Shown piece by piece: positions 1 through 13,447 of a DNA stretch of 64,000 nt. Position numbers and translations under genes: made by a program. The notes below the pieces were generated by a model, which made no database searches, was not told the DNA's origin, and saw nothing but the letters and a program-made list of their open reading frames with translations. Source of the DNA: Octopus vulgaris (Eukaryota); the NCBI GenBank assembly GCA_951406725.2, contig OX597814.1, forward strand, positions 48,484,001 through 48,548,000, read 5' to 3'. Numbering within the stretch: position 1 is the stretch's first letter; each line of letters begins with the position of its first letter.

Positions 1-89
1 TGAAGATTAATCCATTTGGATCTTTCCTGGTCATCATGTTCTTATTAAGTCTCCATTTACTACCCCCTTTTTCTTCAATACTCTTTCTT

Positions 90-504
90 TACTCTCTTTT
101 ACTCTTTTACTTGTTTCAGTCATTTGACTGCAGCCATGCTGGAACACCGCCTTTAGTCGAGCAAATCGACCCCGGGACTTATTCTTTGTAAGCCCAGTAC
201 TTATTCTATCGGTCTCTTTTGCCGAACCGCTAAGTGACGGGGACGTAAACACATCAACATCGGTTGTCAAGCAATGCTAGGGGGACAAACACAGACACAC
301 AAACACATACACACACATACATATATATATATACATATATACGACAGGCTTCTTTCAGTTTCCGTCTACCAAATCCACTCACAAGGCATTGGTCGTCCCG
401 GGGCTATAGCAGAAGACACTTGCCCAAGATGCCACGCAGTGGGACTGAACCCAGAACCATGTGGTTGGTTAGCAAGCTACTTACCACACAGCCACTCCTG
501 CACC
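90..504 (-). mobile_element. Full-length tRNA-derived CORE-like SINE (family A)
   Basis: Minus strand reads GGTGCAGGAGTGGCTGTGTGGTAAG (A box)...GGGTTCAGTCCC (B box), then a CORE-like CTTGGGCAAGTGTCTT, internal (TA)/(TG)n and a GAGTAAAA-type tail. Near-identical to copies at 14.6, 25.3 and 47.1 kb. Confidence 0.92.
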
Positions 505-3500
505 TTACTCTTCTCTTTTTCTATAAATATATTTCTTATCACCCTATTTCTCTCACCTCCTGCTGCCTTTGTACCAAAGAATGGCATTGCATTTGATTTG
601 TTTATATTTTATTCCTCTTTACAATCACTCTTTCTTATTAGACATCACTCTCTCTCTCTCCTATTGCTTACTCTCTTAACATTCATTGTTGATACCTATC
701 ATTCCCACTCTTTTACAAGCACCCTCTTCATCATTCTCTCATATTACTCCCTGTTATTCATTGTTGACCACCACTCTCACTTTCTCATCCCACTCTCCCC
801 ATTACACTTTCACTTTTAGTACTCCTTCTTTCCTTCTTTCTCCCTGTCAATCTCTTTTCCTTCATCATTTTGTTCATGCTATTTCTATCCAATCTCCTTA
901 TCAACAGTCTTTGGGCAGCCAGCCATCAGTCATTCTTTTTGTTTTCCTTTACCCTCTCCTCTTTTACCCTCATGATATTATCACTCTTATCTTCTATTTC
1001 TCTCTCTCTCTCTCTCTCTCACTTGCCCTCTTCTATCATTTCCCCATCTATCTGTAAGGAATGAGACAATCCTCTGGTGTTGGTGATTGAACAAAGGAAG
1101 AAAATATTGAGTAGAGAGAAGGATTTAGTCACGCTGATGAAACAACTTCTCTACTGATAGTGACTCAATAAAGTACACCCAATGCATACTGTAAAGTGGG
1201 TGATTGTAGAGCATTTAGCTAAGAAACACGCCAAAAATGGATCCCCCAATCTAAGAGGGAATTAGTTTGAATAAAAACTGTCTTAGTCCATTTCAACCAT
1301 CCACTCCATACCAGTATAAAAAAAGTAAACATGAATTAATGAAAAAACTGAGAATTTTTTTGCTGATTATAAATATCATAATCAAAGCATTACTAAGACA
1401 AATGGATTTATTATCTTCATTCTGTATGAGAACTCTGTCTAATGTCTAACGTTTTCTGCTTTTGTATAGTTCTTTCTTTATTTTTTAGTAGACTATACTG
1501 ATCACTATTTTTTGACATTCCAATGAAACTACCCTTATAATCAGCTGTGAAAAGTATATGGATCTGTTGCTCTGAAAATGCATAAGTAAAATGACCATTT
1601 TTAATTTGAACACTGACAAAACCAAGATAATCATTGTTGGTTTTGGTGAGCATCCAGTGATTCAAATTGATGAATAGAGGATCAAATGCCCTCCTGTTGA
1701 CAGTTGCAGTGATTAACAACAAGGATTATCTGCTAGTTGAGTTTGGGCTGCTCAATGATGTGCGACCTACCTAAGATCACAATGTATCCTGCAATACAAA
1801 GGTGTTGATCTTGAGCTCATTGGTCATCTCAGTTGATTTGTGCAAAGTGAAAGCTTTAAGTTGTGGAGTTGGCTTGTTAAACACTATATGTAAGTGGATA
1901 CTAATGTACTTTGGCCACATTTGTTGCTAGCCATTTGAGTGTGTTGAGTGAACTGCCATGCTTGGTACTATACCAGGCAAGCATTTGCACTGGGCTGATG
2001 ATGTAAAACAGGAGCCTAGGCAACCATCCTTAGCACATCTACTGAGAATGGCTAACTAATCACAATGGTGAGTGCTTGTTGATGGAATTCACCAAGGTTT
2101 CTTAATTAACCTGATAATGCTATAACAAACAATGATTCATCTGATTTCATCATAGTGTGTAGTTAAAAAGTTTATTTGATCATACTAGGTCTGATTCCAA
2201 TCTTTGGTACCTTAGGTAAGGGTAAGCATCTTCTGTCATTGCTTCAGGTCTATAAAAGCCTTGTGAGTGATATTTTGAAAACAAAAACCTTGTGGAAGCC
2301 TGTTGGAGGGTTAATTTTGTTCCTAGGTTGTAGATTTAATCTGCTGTCTTATTTAATACCACCATTTGTCTTTTAGGCATCTTTAACAAAGTCAACATTT
2401 GAGCCAGATCTCTAGTCTGAGGATAACTTCCTTTTTTCTTCCTCATTTGGGATGCTCTGAAAAAGTCATGGGTATAGCTCTCCTTCTTCTGATTTAATCC
2501 TTAAAAGGAATAATCTGTTTTGAAACTGTGTTAGCTTTCTATCTTAGTTATGAATTCTATTTGCTTTTTCTTTTCATTCTTGAGATACTTTTTCTTTTCA
2601 TTTCAGTTGTAAAGATTTATTTATGTAACTGAAAAACTTTCAGCTATTGATTTTGAGAAAACTCTTTACATTTCTTGCTGTATTGAGATGAAAAATAACT
2701 GAACTATTATTTTGTTCATCATTGTATTTTGCTAGATTATCGTAGCTTTTTCACTGTGTAATGACAAACTAAATCTAAATCTGATTCAAGAGGTAGAGAT
2801 ATTTTATTCTGTTTCTAGACTCATCTGCAATATATCTTGAAGTTCATTGTCTGAGTTTCAACTCTGACCCTCGAGACAATTTCAGAACACACTATTAAAT
2901 CACTGCTAGTAATGAATGTTAGATTACTTCACTGTGGCAAGGCTAAAAAATTTAATGATTAGCCATGTGCATGTGCTCTAGAGTATTTCCACATACCATT
3001 AGAAGTTGCCTAAAAATATTCCACAAAAAGACTAACATTAAAAAAAAAAGCCTAAGAAACATCTGAAAAGCTTAACAAAACATATTGCTGAGAATAGGCT
3101 CAGAATGAATCCAAAGGAACAGTTTACAGCAATGTAAATTATTAATTGTAGAAACCAGTTAATGTTAATGTTAGAAATCACTTTAGGTCTTGTTAAAAAT
3201 CAATATTATTAAGCCATTTGAATGGAAGTTTTGATCTAGGCACCTTCAAGTTTCTTTTGGTTCTCATTACTAAATCTGTATGAGATTGCTAGGAGTTTGA
3301 CAAGAAAATTTAATGGTGAACATGGCTGATATTAATATAATTCATAATAAGGATCCACTCAGCTCATAGTAACAAAGTAATGATCATGGTTAGTAAATTG
3401 TGAGGAAACTGGTTAGATCACAATTTTATGTTTAGTATTAATCAATGAAAGCTTGATTAGTAACATGTTGGCATAGTTACTCTTTTACTTTCTCTCTCTC

Positions 3501-4269
3501 TTTTTCTCTGATCCCTGTTCCTTCTATTTCTCTCTTTATGTCTATCTCTTTTTAAAAATATTTCTTATTACCCTCTAGTAAATTTTTTGGTTAATTTGGT
3601 TAATTATTCTGATTGCATTACTTATTTCAGTCTGAGACATATTTTATTGATCTATACTTATTGAAGTGCTAAGTTACGTTTTTAACATAAAGGGATGTAA
3701 CTTGACCTACCAGACATTATATGTAAAAACATATAATGTCTGTTTTCCATGCTAGTATTGTTTATACACTTTGACAGAATCTTATGAGATGCATCAGACA
3801 TATGTATATATATGGTGGAAGTCAACTTGTGTCCAAATGCAACCAGTTCTTGGAAAGTTCTTGGAAATTTCTCATATATTACCATGGATTACAAAAAAGA
3901 GCGCAACTGCCAGCCATATGTTGCTGACCAGTATCAAAAAGACATTATGCAAGCTTTGTATAGACCACTATTTCTAGGTTCTTCCTGATGAACAGGTGAG
4001 CAGTGCTATCTCTGAAAAAGGCTTCTCAGTCACTTGAGATACTGTTGGATTTCACCTTTGCCATTGTTTGGAAAAGAAGTGAGCAGTAATCCAAGCCATC
4101 TACATGCAAGTACTTCCAGGAATCAAACTTGTGTGTTCAACTACCCCTCATTGCTGCAAGACTGAGAGATCCATAGTATTTTTTAAGAAGTTCCTGCATG
4201 TGAAATTAATTATAGTGAGTGAAGTATGACCAGAACTGCACACACTTTTCAGGTAGAACATTTTTCTTT

Positions 4270-4572
4270 TCTGTGGCTCAGAAATTGAATGATCCTAGCT
4301 TTTACATCAGAGTATCGTTCTTCTAGAGATATGTTCTGACAAGAACTAGGGATTCATCATTTTGAAGTGGTGTTACAGTGTACTTGCTCACCATCAAAAA
4401 TTACTTTGTCTTAATGCATCACATTATTGGATGGCCATTGACTCCTTTGAATTTCTCTACTCTTTGACAAGTCTTGCTTTTCATCCTGCAGGATGTCCAA
4501 AATCATGCATTTCACCAAGCTTCCTTGGTAAGGTTGTCAGTTTAGTTGCTGATAACCCAAACATACAACACA
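4270..4572 (-). mobile_element. Old copy of the RTE-5'UTR-like non-coding element also seen at 50335-50835
   Basis: Minus strand GGGTTATCAGCAACTAAACTGACAACC...CATCCTGCAGGATGAAAAGC...GTCAATGGCCATCCAATA aligns by eye with the 50.8-50.6 kb copy. It may extend further left. Confidence 0.65.
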
Positions 4573-4638
4573 TGGTACTGTGGTAACTAACTTGTAACCA
4601 GTATCACTCTCAAGTGATCTTGCTCTCTCATGCATGTG

Positions 4639-4639
<1 letters not shown>

Positions 4640-4676
<37 letters not shown>

Positions 4677-4832
4677 GAGTTTCTGCATAGATTCTGTCTA
4701 TCAAATTCCATTCATAAGACATTGGTCAACTTGAGGCTAGAGTAAAAGATACTTACTCAAGGTGCCACTCAGTGCGATTGAACCTGAAACTACATTGTTG
4801 TGAAGTGATCTTCTTAACTACATGGCTGTTGC
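4640..4832 (-). mobile_element. Diverged SINE family A head plus (CA)n
   Basis: Degenerate A/B boxes and CORE-like segment next to a (CA)n tract. Confidence 0.75.
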
Positions 4833-5239
4833 TATTGAAATTTCCCAAACACTAAAGATTGCAGAAGCGTGCTTGCTTTTGTTTTAGTTTACATTCCAAT
4901 ATCAGGTGACTTTGATAAGATAGTAATAGCATTTTCGATGAAAATCTACTCCAGTTACAATATGGCTGGAAGCCTTACAGACAATAGAGACAGACTGTAT
5001 TGTTAGTGTAACAAGTGGGATATTGTTTTATATAAAATCTTCAGTAGGAAAAAGACTGATTGATTAGGGCTTACTTTATATACTGCATAAATCTCAAAGT
5101 CAACTTCAGCAGGATTTTTGCTCTGAACATAAAGTGATTGACTAAATAGAGAGAATCATTCTTCATTCCTCTACTAAATCCACAGCCCTTTTAATGTCAA
5201 TAATAAAGATTTCTGATGTATGCTTACAACTAAAGTTTG

Positions 5240-5640
5240 GTGGGAGGGTTCAGTGTATTCTATGTTTTGAGGGAGGGTTGAGATTATTCTGTGTTGTGCA
5301 AAGCTCTCTGTAGTGAGTGGGCTCAGCTTATTCTATGTTTTACATGAGGGCTCAGCTAATTCAGTGTTTTGTGGCAGGGGTCAAATCATTGTATGTTTTG
5401 TAGGAGGACACAGATTATTCTATGTGTTCTGGAAGGGCTCAGATTATTCTGTGTATTGTGGGAAGGCTCATGTTACTCTGTGTTGTGGGTGAGCTCAGTT
5501 TATTCTGTTTTGCATGAGGGTTCAGCTAATTCAGTGTTTTGTGGAAGGGTTTAGATTATTCTATATGTTGTGAAGAGGGCTCAGATTATTCTGGACCATG
5601 GTATGGCTCAGATGATTCATTCTTCTGTGTTGTGGGTTAA
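5240..5640. repeat. About 29-bp minisatellite inside a decayed Meta-like SINE
   Basis: About 13 units resembling GGGAGGGCTCAGATTATTCTGTGTTTTGT. The flanks match the two halves of the Meta-like SINE. Confidence 0.8.
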
Positions 5641-7368
5641 GATAATTTATTTAACCCCAATATTTGACTGACTGCTAAATGGATGAAAGTCAAAACTGAT
5701 TCAAGTAGATTAGAGCTCAGAATGTATAAGAATGTAATAAACACAGCAAAGAATTTTATCTGATTGTACTATCCACCATTCTTTTAATACCGCTATTAAA
5801 GTAACTTTAATTATTCATTATGCAACATGTAATTATTTGATAATGTTACTTAGTAATATCCATATATTACAACTATGCCCTATAATCATTCTCCTTTACT
5901 TAAATGTTATTATCATTTTACATTGTCTTGCATCTTAGTCATACATAGTGATCATTTGGTTTCCATTTTATATTGCAGTCAATAATTAGATTATATTTGT
6001 GCTTCTTTGGGGAATTAAAATTGAAAGTACACATTTTGGACTACATTACTTGGGAAAAATCAAGAGTGATTTATGTTTGTTTTAACTAAATGTTTCTTCC
6101 CTAGGTGATGAAAGTTAGGATTTATAAAGTGTGTTTAGTAATGCATGGACAATAAGGCTTGGGTTAGGACCAACAGATTGTGTTATAAAATGCATTATAC
6201 AAGAAAGAAGGGAGCAGCTGAATATAGTACAGAAAATGGATGGCAGGAGCTATATTAGGCTTGTGAGCAACTGAGAATTATTGATATAATAAAGAAAATT
6301 AATAAAACCTGATTCAGTGAAGTGATTAAGACTTACGCTATAAACAGTTGCTCATACTAATTTATTTCATTACACTTGAATAGAAATATCTAATAATACC
6401 ATTATTTCCCATGATGAAGAGGAAGAGATAATAAATAGATTTTCAGTTAACCTCATATCTAATATAACTGAATTATTTTTTACAATTACCATATTAAATA
6501 TGCTGAATCATTTATTTAAAATCCTCTTTTCCTCTCTCAGTTTGTCATTATTTAGCTATTGCTCTCTGAATGTGAATTACCTATATTATTACAATTACCA
6601 TATGTGGCGAAGTCTATGGTGAAGTTTTTGTCAGATTAAACTCATAGTGTTTCAAAAAACAAAGCTTATTAGCGATAAGAAATCATTAGTGAAATATTGT
6701 GCAGTATTAGGTATTCTATTATAATGCCAATTCTGATTAGGAAATTCAAGTTTTCTGGTTTAAATGAGGGTTAGTTGGAAAAGAGAAATTACTTAAAATA
6801 ATCAAGAGATGAATCTTAACCAACCTATTGTACCATCAATATAAAAATGAATATTGTACCATTAAATCTTTCAACCTACACTTGTTATCAGAAAAGAAAT
6901 TATAGACTTAGTCACAATTTACATAATGTGTATGTATAATTCAAAGTATGGTTGACTAAATTAATTAGCTCTCTTTTTTTTTTTTTTTTACATTATTAAC
7001 GGCAAAGGCAGTGCCTGTGATCCTTTACATATCTTCAGAGACTGGTGGAAGGGATGGAGAAAGGTTTTCTCAAATCAGAGACCTAAGCCTAACTGTTTGC
7101 AAACAACTTGAACTTATCTAAAGGCATCCAAAGTATCAGGTGGTAGTGTTAAACTAGGTGGCGAAAAATATATTCCTACAAGTAAATTCTGAAGTCCAAT
7201 AATTTAGACTTTTGGTTTCAATATTTTATATGTAGGTTGGTTGTTCCATTAAGATCAATATTAGGTGTAAAACATTATTCTAGTTGTTTGACAAGGCTTT
7301 GGTTTGCAAAAATTATACTTTATCATTTACTTGAGAACCATTTTTTAAATTCAATCTAAAATTTCAGG

Positions 7369-7406
<38 letters not shown>

Positions 7407-8009
7407 TGTTCATGATGAATCCCTAAATGGGATGAAAACGCTAAATAAATCATTTTTATCTAAATCCTGACTACCTCTTTTTTCTTTATAAATATATCTA
7501 TATCTGTCTGTCTGTCTGTCTCTCAGTCTGTCTATATATATTTCACCAAATAGTTATACTAGAAATAATAAAAAATGTAGATTGGAATAGAAATTTAAGT
7601 GAATTCCATGAACATTAAATTTGTTTATATAATGACCAGTTTTGTTATATGATGCTATATGTATGATAATGTTATTAATTCATGATAATGTTGTCATATA
7701 AGTTTATATTTCTAACATTTGTCTTCATTTTTTTTTTAAACATTTATTTTTTTTAGAATCCTTTTTTAAAATATTAATATTTGTTAAAATCAAGATTGCT
7801 GAAAAAAACTTAATGTTGTAAATTTCTTTTGCTTCTGTTTTGAATAACTACTCTTTGAATGAAAGAAAATAATATCTAAGTACCTATTACTTCCATAAAA
7901 TAATTATAATTTCTTTTTTATGAAAATAGATTGCACAAAATATTTATTTTTAGGAAGAGACATCAAATTTTCTCTGTTTAATTAAGCATGCTTTATTGGG
8001 TTTCAAAAT

Positions 8010-8180
8010 TGTTTAGCCCCTGTTCAGCCCTAAATGAGAGGACTTGAAAGCACTCTAGCTGTGACAATCTTGTCTTTTCATTTATCTGTGATTACATTGA
8101 CCAGTGGTCATTCTTTGTGACTTTGGAGAAAAATTTGGTCACCAATTCTAATAAGTTGAGTGACCATTCAGAAGTGCTTT
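8010..8180. repeat. Unclassified dispersed repeat (diverged copies also at about 15775-15955 and 24745-24945)
   Basis: The three loci share degenerate versions of ...TTCCAGCTGTGACC...GTGTGATTT...ATTTGGCTGCTATTTCTAGCAGGT... motifs. Confidence 0.6.
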
Positions 8181-8976
8181 CAATTTCAGTTATTTTTATA
8201 AAGTGCCTTTCTTTGTGTACACTTTTAGCAAATACTGCATGTATTCACTAAGGGATATATAAAAAAAAAAGGTATCTCAAAATCTCTTCCATTTTGTTTC
8301 TTACAAATTGCAAGGACCATGTAGGTGCTTTGTAATGTAGAAGTATTTTGTAGAATTGAAAGAGGAAAATTATGAATGGTCTTAAAATCGAGTCCTTTGT
8401 TAAGAGTTTACCTTCAGTAACACAGAAGCATTAATAACTTATAATAACTTATAATGTGTATATTGATTTGAAGTATGATATAATTTATTTTGTCTAAAAA
8501 TAAAACATCTTATTTTGAAATTTTATAATGAAGGCTAAAATTATATATCAAGAAATGTATTCTCTAAAATTAATTTTATTATGTGATTAACTCAAATATT
8601 GTTAAGAAGGAGGATTCATATCTAAATTTTGATCACAGCATTCATTAATTTTCTAAAATACTTCATAGATAAAATATAAATATAATTTTCTTCTTTTAAA
8701 TATTCATTTACAGGGCATTGCTACCTTTTAAGTAACATTCTACTTGACATCGAAAAGGATTTTTTTTAATTAAAAGAACTCTAAATATTACATGTTGCAG
8801 AAAATAAAGAATAAATTCACTGTTTGTATTTTTAAATCAAATATTTTTTATTTCAGAATGTCAGTATGTTATGCCTTAAAAATTTCCTACGCTAACTATT
8901 AGATATACGATATAGCTGTTTAATTATTTGAATAAACCAACCATATGATAGGTGAAAAGTATTTAGTCATTATTAA

Positions 8977-9226
8977 CCCTTTTAAATTACACTTTAACAA
9001 TTTTGTGATCTTATCTTTAATTAAATACTCTATCAATGTGTTTTAATTAATATTTTAAAATAACATCTAGAATTTGGAGTGATTTTATAAACTAACTAAA
9101 TGCTTAGAACATAACTTAAAAGTTCTTACCTAAAATTAAGTCAAAGATTTATTTTCAGTATGTTTTTTAACATGATTTTGTTTCATAAAACTGTGAATTA
9201 TTTCATGTGTGTTAGTATCAAAAGGG
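8977..9226. mobile_element. piggyBac-like TTAA MITE (old)
   Basis: TTAA|CCCTTTT ... AAAAGGG|TTAA termini; interior resembles the 59709 MITE. Confidence 0.7.
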
Positions 9227-10230
9227 TTAACGGTTTATCATTCATAAATACATTCAATGCTTATTTTACTTTCTATTTCTCTTTAAACATTATTTGATTG
9301 GGCTACTACAAATTTAGTATGGCATTTAAAATACTGCTTGTTGGTTAAACTCTACTCAAGAGGTTTTGTGTCATGTGTGAGACCATGTGTCTATACTGGA
9401 AAGTCTTACTTTATTCTGTATTGGTAGAACAGCATCAGTTGTGGCTGTGGAGGGTCACATCGAAGCAACAATCACAGTGGACTGCTACTTTCCATGTTTT
9501 GACATTACAATGGAACAATACAGAAACTTCCTGTCCAGGATGCAGATCTTAACAAATTTGTATGAAAGACCAGCATTTTTCCATGCTGCAAGACTTACCA
9601 CTTCATGCTATTGATGTTGCCTAAGGCTGATACAGGTTAGCATCAGTGTTGTCACAAGTTGTTGCCAGAATGAAGTTTGACAACAGGCCACCTTAGTATC
9701 TCCAGTTCCAGTTTTGTCTTCAGGTTTTACTCTTAAAGCCTTTTCTTGAACAAATATGACTGCAAGGCAGAGGAGACTTAAAATTCAGAGTTTTGCATCT
9801 TTTAACTGATCTGTTTTCTCAGGATGCAAGTTATCTCCACCCAAAGCCCTAGCTTCACAGTACCAGGATCTGCCTTTAACCTTTTTCCAGTTAGTAAAAA
9901 CAGTTTCACTGGATTAGGCTTAAGCCACATGAGAAAGCTAAGAATTGGGCTTGTTTCAGATGCTTGCCATGAGTAGTAGTTTTTACATAGTGAGAGCTTG
10001 TCCCCAACAACACAACTTGCTTTGAGAATTTGCATCACAGAAGTAGCAGATCAAAGTTTTTGCTATTTATTTATTGCATTCATCTTATGCAGGTTACTGA
10101 TGCCATAGAAATAAATAACTAAGTTTTCACAGCATTACATCAAAGATAGATCAGTTCTGAAATCAATTTCTACTTCACCCATTTTAAAGGTCTACCCTAC
10201 CATTTTATACTACTTACTTTTTTTGATATG

Positions 10231-10431
10231 TACTAAAATTCTAGTCATCATCATCATCATTATTTTAATGTCTACTTTTCCATGCTTGCATAGGTCAGAG
10301 GTTATTGAGGCAGATTTTCTATAGCTGGATGTTCTTCCATGGAAAATCGTCCTCAATAAACCCTTTCTAGTGCATGCAAGAAAGGAAAAGTGATTGTTAA
10401 AATGATGATGATGATGATTAAAATTTTAGTA
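10231..10431. repeat. Imperfect palindrome made of two inverted RTE-type 3' tails
   Basis: TACTAAAATT...(CAT)n...TTATTGAGG arm is the reverse complement of the CCTCAATAA...(GAT)n...AATTTTAGTA arm. Confidence 0.85.
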
Positions 10432-12142
10432 GTGTTTATAATTTTCATCAATCCCTTGTTTTTGTTATTAAAACTGCGAAAGAAAGGTTGCTTTTCTGTA
10501 ACATCTCTACAGATTCAAAAGGTAAATACTTACATTAACTGCTAAAGCTGTATGGCATTTATTTCAAGAAACATCTTGAAGATCAATATATTTTACTGTA
10601 ATTTTGATTGATGAAATTATGAGAATTTTGTATGGAGATTTTATTTATGTTATAACTTTGATATCATAGCAAAGCTACATTATTTCATCATCACTATTGT
10701 TTTGATATGCTAGCTCAGCTTGGTTAGTCTAACCACCATCATGTTGCCACTTGCTCATATATTATATCATCGCTTCTGAATCCCAGCATTCTAAAATCCC
10801 ATTTCACTTTCTCACCTCTTTTTCTACACATTTTTCTCTTGGCAAAGGATGGGTTGGATTGGGTTGAATAATAACAGTTAAACAGACAATGCATGAAATG
10901 TATTAAAAACATTTCTTTGAAAACAATTATTTTTTTTAATATATCAAAATGCTTTATTTAAAAATATATTTTTTTTGTATTTAATGAAACATAAATCCAA
11001 TTTATTTTGCTATTTGTTTTTTCTCTTTGTAATTTTGTTTCAGCAATGACTTAAATTTATTTTCATATATGTGTGTGTGTGTTTTGAAAATAAAGAATTT
11101 AACACTTAGCCAAGTAAGATAGTCAACTTGAGTATTAAACATTTCATAAAATTAAAAGTGAGTTAGTTGGCTATCAAAAATTTTGAGCAACATAACCAAG
11201 ACAGTTCTGAATGAGTTAAAAACCTAAGGAAGAAAAAATAAAAAGAAAAGCAACAACAACAAAGGAAAGAAAGTTATCAGGCAGAATATGCTTAAATAAT
11301 GATGATATTGTAAAAGAGGTAGTAAAGAAAATGATAAAAGAAAATAATACTGGATGCAGATGGCAGTCATCATCATTGTCATTGTAAATGTCATCAACCT
11401 CTTGAAGTTGTACTGGCTACCCAGTGACAAATGATGAGATCTCTCCTCTCTTCACCTGACAAAAGATTCTTAGTTTATCATCATCATCATAACCATCAGT
11501 GTTTTCATATATAATATGTTATTGTTTGTGCTGAACGAGCTTTTCCTGTTGCTTTTCCTTGATTAGAGTTTATCATTATGATACTGTAACTGCTGCTTCT
11601 GTTGTCAATGATAATGATAATGATGATGATGATGGTATCTTTTTAAGTATGATTTTTTACTGTTGTTGTGTTGTTGGGTGAACTCTTCTTAGTTGTCTCT
11701 GTTTTATGTCAAGTTTATTTAAAGATGGATTTTTGTAGTAATTCTCTTTGTAAGATAATATTGTAATTACAATATAATTATTTTGAGAAGACTGCATAAT
11801 TTCCTTTACGTTATAGTCTACACTCTCGTGCAATTATATAGTTTTGTTTAATTTTTTGTGATTTGCAGCAGATTGTGAAGTAACTTGTTGCAACAGTAAT
11901 CAGACTTGGTTTGCTTGCACTTTTTGTGTTATCATTCATCTGAAGAAATAACCTATTCTGAACTTCATTTCATCTTTCTATGACCCTTTTGTGATACTTC
12001 CTCATAACATACCATTGTTTGGCTTTGGACCCAAACTAAAATTTAGGCCAAATTACTTTTTATGGCACTACTGAATCACAGTGTATTCTATTAGAATATT
12101 TTGTGAAATTTTTGTAACCATATAGAGATGTATCTTTATCTT

Positions 12143-12545
12143 GTACTTGTTTCAGTCATTGGACTGCAGCCATGCTGGGGCAGTGCTTTGAAGGGTTTTG
12201 TTGAACAAGTAGATCCTAGTACTTAATTTTAAGTCTGGTATTTATTCTATCAGTCCCTTTTACTGAATTGCTAAGCTACGGGGATGTAAAGAAACCAAAT
12301 GCCAGTTATCAAGCAGTGGTGGGATACAAATACATACCCTTCTCACGCACACACATACATTATAATACATACATATATTATAATGAGTTTCTACACAGTT
12401 TCCATCTACCAAATTCACTCACAAGACATTGGTCAAGGTGGAACTATACTAAAAGACATCTACCCAGGGTACTACAGAATGAGACTGAACCTGAAACCAG
12501 GTGGTTGTAAAGTGAACTTCTTAATCACACAACCATGCCTGTATA
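12143..12545 (-). mobile_element. Older SINE family A copy
   Basis: ACTTGTTTCAGTCATTGGACTGCAGCCATGCTGG tail through to a degenerate tRNA-like head. Confidence 0.85.
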
Positions 12546-13447
12546 TGGAAGTTGGAATTTTCTTTCATTTCAGAATATTTTCTGATAGAGTAATTAATAT
12601 TGACCTCTGAATACCAATGAAAATATATTTGTTCCCTTCACCATCCATTGTTTCATCTGAATTATTCTTGAAACACTTTATCTGTTGTGGTTCATAAAAA
12701 TGAAACCCATTGAATTTACTATATCACTAAAATGGGGTTTTCCCTTCAAAAGAAAAACCTTCTCAGTTAAGAAGTTTACATGTCTTTAGTTGTTTTATTT
12801 TTTTTTTCAGACAAATTTGGTTATTTTATCATTTAATATATACTGCTTCATTGGAATATGCAGTTTTTTCAATTTAGAATTGGGTAAACATAGTCAAATG
12901 GAGTATTCTTATGCTTTGTCTTGTCAGTAAGAAACTGTTTCACAAAGTTTCCTGTGAAAGTTAAAAATTATATTTGATTTTGTTTCTCCAAAGTTCTTTA
13001 CACTGAAACTAATTTATCAACAGCAGTCAAATCTCTCCTCTTCAATATATTTATGTATTTCAGGAAATGTATGTAAGCAATATCTGAAGTTAATTTGTTT
13101 AGTTTCAATTTCCCTTTCTCATGTGGATTAGATGACCCTAATTATTTGATGCGAGGGATTTCAAAGCTTGATGTTGTTCCTACCACTAATCAATCAACTG
13201 TTTAGTAGGATTGGAACTAGGTCATGAAACAGGCAAAATATGGCAGAAGTTATCGAGTTTTGAACCCATGACCATGCAATCAGTAGTCTATAGAATTAAA
13301 ATTCTATAATGCCTACTGGTAGTAATTCTTAATACTTCAAGCATTACTTTCAACTAAGAAAAGAAAATGGAGAAAAAACTTTTTAGCATGGATGAGCTCT
13401 AAGGATTCTCGGCATTTGAAAAACAGTTGTAGACGTTTATATTATTA

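Noticed and set aside
264-1064. Long overlapping ORFs (for example 274..819)
   Set aside because: They read through a SINE, microsatellites and pyrimidine-rich low-complexity sequence. The same applies to most YI/CV/HT-repeat ORFs in the track.
3978-3995. 18-nt candidate microexon (TTTCTAG|...CAG|GTGAGC)
   Set aside because: Short pyrimidine tract, probably within a decayed element, and it has a stop in phase 1. It would only work in another phase, with no supporting evidence.
8857-8863. 7-nt AG..GTATGT candidate microexon
   Set aside because: Not frame-preserving; expected by chance in AT-rich DNA.
13064-13072. 9-nt candidate microexon (CAG|GAAATGTAT|GTAAGC)
   Set aside because: Weak exon-side donor context and a modest tract; unsupported without RNA data.
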